A stretch of 64,000 nucleotides of DNA, taken from assembly GCA_964016885.1 (NCBI GenBank), contig OZ024750.1, positions 40,796,001 to 40,860,000 of the forward strand, given 5' to 3'. Of the stretch, positions 61,309 through 64,000 are shown in pieces (within the stretch, counting starts at the first letter, position 1; each line of letters starts with the position of its first letter). The stretch is from Eledone cirrhosa. Taxonomy: Eukaryota. The notes below the pieces were generated by a model that had not been told where the DNA came from, made no database searches, and was given only the letters and a program-made list of their open reading frames with translations. The translations under genes and the position numbers were made by a program.

Positions 61309-61496
61309 TTTAGTCCGGCAGGATGTCCAAAGTCACCCTCCTCACCAAGAAACCTTGGTGGGGTTGCCAGCACTATGTGTCAATGATTGTCACAAGTGTA
61401 GTGTTTGTACCAGAGTTTTCAAGTCGCTGGCTGGACTAAAAAGTCACACTCGTTCAGCGCATCGGTAGGGGTCCTCCTACATGGATATAAAGTAGT
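61306..61496. mobile_element. Rearranged copy of the non-autonomous RTE derivative: inverted 5' piece joined to a sense 3' piece
   Basis: 61306-61370 equals 34957-35021 (element antisense). 61367-61496 equals 59617-59746 (element sense). The junction shares ccag. Confidence 0.8.
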
Positions 61497-61523
61497 ATAT
61501 ATACATGTATATATATATATATA

Positions 61524-61566
<43 letters not shown>

Positions 61567-61579
61567 ATATATATATATA

Positions 61580-61630
<51 letters not shown>

Positions 61631-61695
61631 ATATATATATATATATATATGTGTATATGTATATATATATATATATATATATGTGTATATATATA

Positions 61696-63260
61696 TCATC
61701 ATCATCATCATCATCATCATCACCGTTTTACGTCCGTTCTTCCACGCTAGCATGGGTTAGACGGGTTGTCCTGTTGTGGGCAGTGTCTGGTCGGCTGACC
61801 ATGCCTTGCTCATACAGGAACTGATCTGGCTTGATTTCTACAGCTGGATGCCCTTCCTAACACCAACCTCATTTACAGTGAGTGCTGGGTGCTTTTTCGT
61901 GGCGCCTACACGTCCACTTTACAGTGTGGGCTGTGTGCTTTTTTGCCGTGGCACCTCCACGACCACCTTGCGGTGGGGGGGGGGGGGGGCATATTGTTTA
62001 TATGCTTCAGCATGTACCCATGGGAGGTCGGGTACCCTGTATTACTGCGTGACGCCAGAAGTCACGGTCGTGTGTCATTGACTTTGAGAGGTGTAGTTGG
62101 GTAAGGTCGGCTTTTATCACCTCATCCCAAGTCATCTTGGGTCTCCCCACTCCGCGGTTTCCATCAACTTCTAGTGCTCTGCACCTTTTTATGCAGCTGT
62201 CATCCTTCATACGCATCACATGTCCATACCAGCGTAACCGCCTCTCCTGCACGCAGCATTTGATTCCTCTTATGCTCAGTCTCTCTCTCAATTCCTTTAT
62301 GCTTTGTCGTTCACGTATATTACTGTTACACATCCATCGGAGCATGCAGGCTTCGTTTCTCTCTAATCTACGTAAGTCTTCCACCTTCAGCGCCCAGGTC
62401 TCACTACCATGCAACATCGCTGTTCGGATACACGCATCATACAGTCTGCCTTTCATTCTGAGGGAGAAGCCTTTTGCAGCTAGCAGTGGTAGTAGTTCCC
62501 TAAACTTCTTCCATCCCGTTCTTACCCTAGTTATTGTACTTTCTGAGCACCCACCTCCGTTGCTAATTCGGTCACCTAGGTAGCAGAAGCTGTCTACTGT
62601 TTCTACAGGGCCCTCCCAGAGATTGGTGGTACTTGTTTCCTGTGGCTGTTTGCTTGCTGTTTCAGCACAGCTGCTGCATGTGAATCCTAGATTCTTAATT
62701 AAGCTTCCTGAGATCCTGCTACATCTCTTGTGTACCCATTGTTTGCATTTGGGGCAGAGAATGGAGTTCCTACCTACACCTTTCCTACATACTGAGCAAG
62801 GCCATTTCCCTGAGGGGATCTGGGTTCTGTTTTCTCGTCTACTTACAAGGACCTTAGTCTTTGTCATGTTGACTTTGAGGCCCTTTCTCTCTAGTCCCTG
62901 CTTCCAGGTTTGGAATTTATTCTCTAGTTCTACCATAGATTCAGCTATGAGTGCGAGGTCATCAGCATACAGGAGTTCCCATGGGCATCCGGTCTTAAAC
63001 TCCTCCGTTATTGCCTGCAGGACTATGATGAACAGGAGAGGGCTAAGAACAGAGCCCTGGTGGACCCCAACCTGTACGCTAAATTCCTCGCTATACTCAT
63101 TGCCAATCCTAACTTTGCTGACTGCTCCCCTATACATGGCTTGTACCGCTTTCACAAGCCATTCATCTACTCCTAGTTTTCTAAGAGCCCACCAGATTAC
63201 TGCACGTGGAACTCTGTCAAAGGCTTTCTCAAGGTCGACAAATGCCAAGTAGAGTGGCTT
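61696..63260 (-). mobile_element. 5'-truncated RTE LINE, second subfamily; open RT frame with PHD insertion, full 3'UTR and (ATG)n tail
   Basis: ORF 62007-63260: KPLYLAFVDLEKAFD, GVHQGSVLSP, YADD, CSVC..CPKC..WVHKRC..CSSC, YLG, RLRWYGHV. Confidence 0.95.
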
Positions 63261-63300
63261 GAAACAATTATTTTATGTGCTTGAAACAATTATTTTATGA

Positions 63301-64000
63301 CACATAGTTGACCTGTTGACCGAACGAGTCAGAGCATCTAACTTACACTGCTTCGGACTCACACACACGGACATCCACCAACTCCTCTCCTTCGTTGTGG
63401 ATAATGCACTCTTCAATTTCCTCGGCCACACGTACAAACAAATCTCTGGGCTACCTATGGGCTCTAGTCTGTCCGGCATACTTGCGATCTCGTACATGGA
63501 CCACCTGGAACGCAAGGCACTCAATACCTGCCAACCCAACGCCGTCGCCTTCTACTCCAGATACGTTGATGACATCCTGATACTTACTTCTTCCCGGGAG
63601 ATGGCGAATGAAATTCACCAAATCTTCAACGATACTGACCATCACGTCGATTTCACCATCGAACACCCAGGAGAAGACGGGTCACTCGCCCTCCTCGACT
63701 TCCGTATCAACATCTCGGAAGAAGGAGACATAAACACCACCTTCTACCGCAAAGCAGCGTGCAAGGACTTGTTTGTACATTACAACTCAGCCCTCCCCAA
63801 CAACGCTAAGAGAGGCTATGTCCTAAATGAACTGACACGGATCACTAACAGATGCAGCGACCCGATGGGTGGTCTCACCCATACCACGCAATTCCGTAAT
63901 CTACTCAGGTCTAATGGATATCCCAAGCGACTGATTAACGGAATTAGAGACCCCAGACCCAATAGACAGACTCCCACTAGAAACTTAAATAAAAGCAGGT
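63301..64000 (+). CDS. Penelope-like element reverse transcriptase, 5'-truncated, frame open to the window end (absent from the ORF track)
   Basis: Manual translation: YKQISGLPMGSSLSGILAISYMDHLE..RYVDDILIL..DFTIEH..LALLDF..FYRK..LRSNGYP. Confidence 0.92.

Overview
Repeat-saturated eukaryotic genomic DNA with no confidently recognisable host exon. The SINE/LINE families and the extreme (TA)n/(TG)n load suggest a cephalopod such as Octopus (inference). The window holds five long minisatellites (24, 53, 61, 79 and 26 bp units), a GA-rich array, many microsatellites and a 200-N gap. Recognisable retroelements are: three 5'-truncated RTE LINE copies (two with a complete PHD-type zinc finger inside the RT, one truncated within it); a near full-length R4/Dong-clade element with a restriction-like endonuclease, sitting inside a (TATG)n tract with a single homopolymer frameshift; two Penelope-like RT fragments; a non-autonomous bipartite RTE derivative; two tRNA-derived SINE families; and MITE remnants. 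The most striking unannotated signal is at least seven type I hammerhead-ribozyme-like motifs in short islands, mostly within (TA)n. They include two fold-back palindromes built on ribozyme helices, a 319-bp direct-repeat-bounded retrozyme-like unit with a U3-A8 core covariation, and a recurrent U.U pair at the base of helix II. Several satellites can be traced to seeds inside transposons. All alignments and folds were done by eye, so coordinates are approximate to within a few bases.
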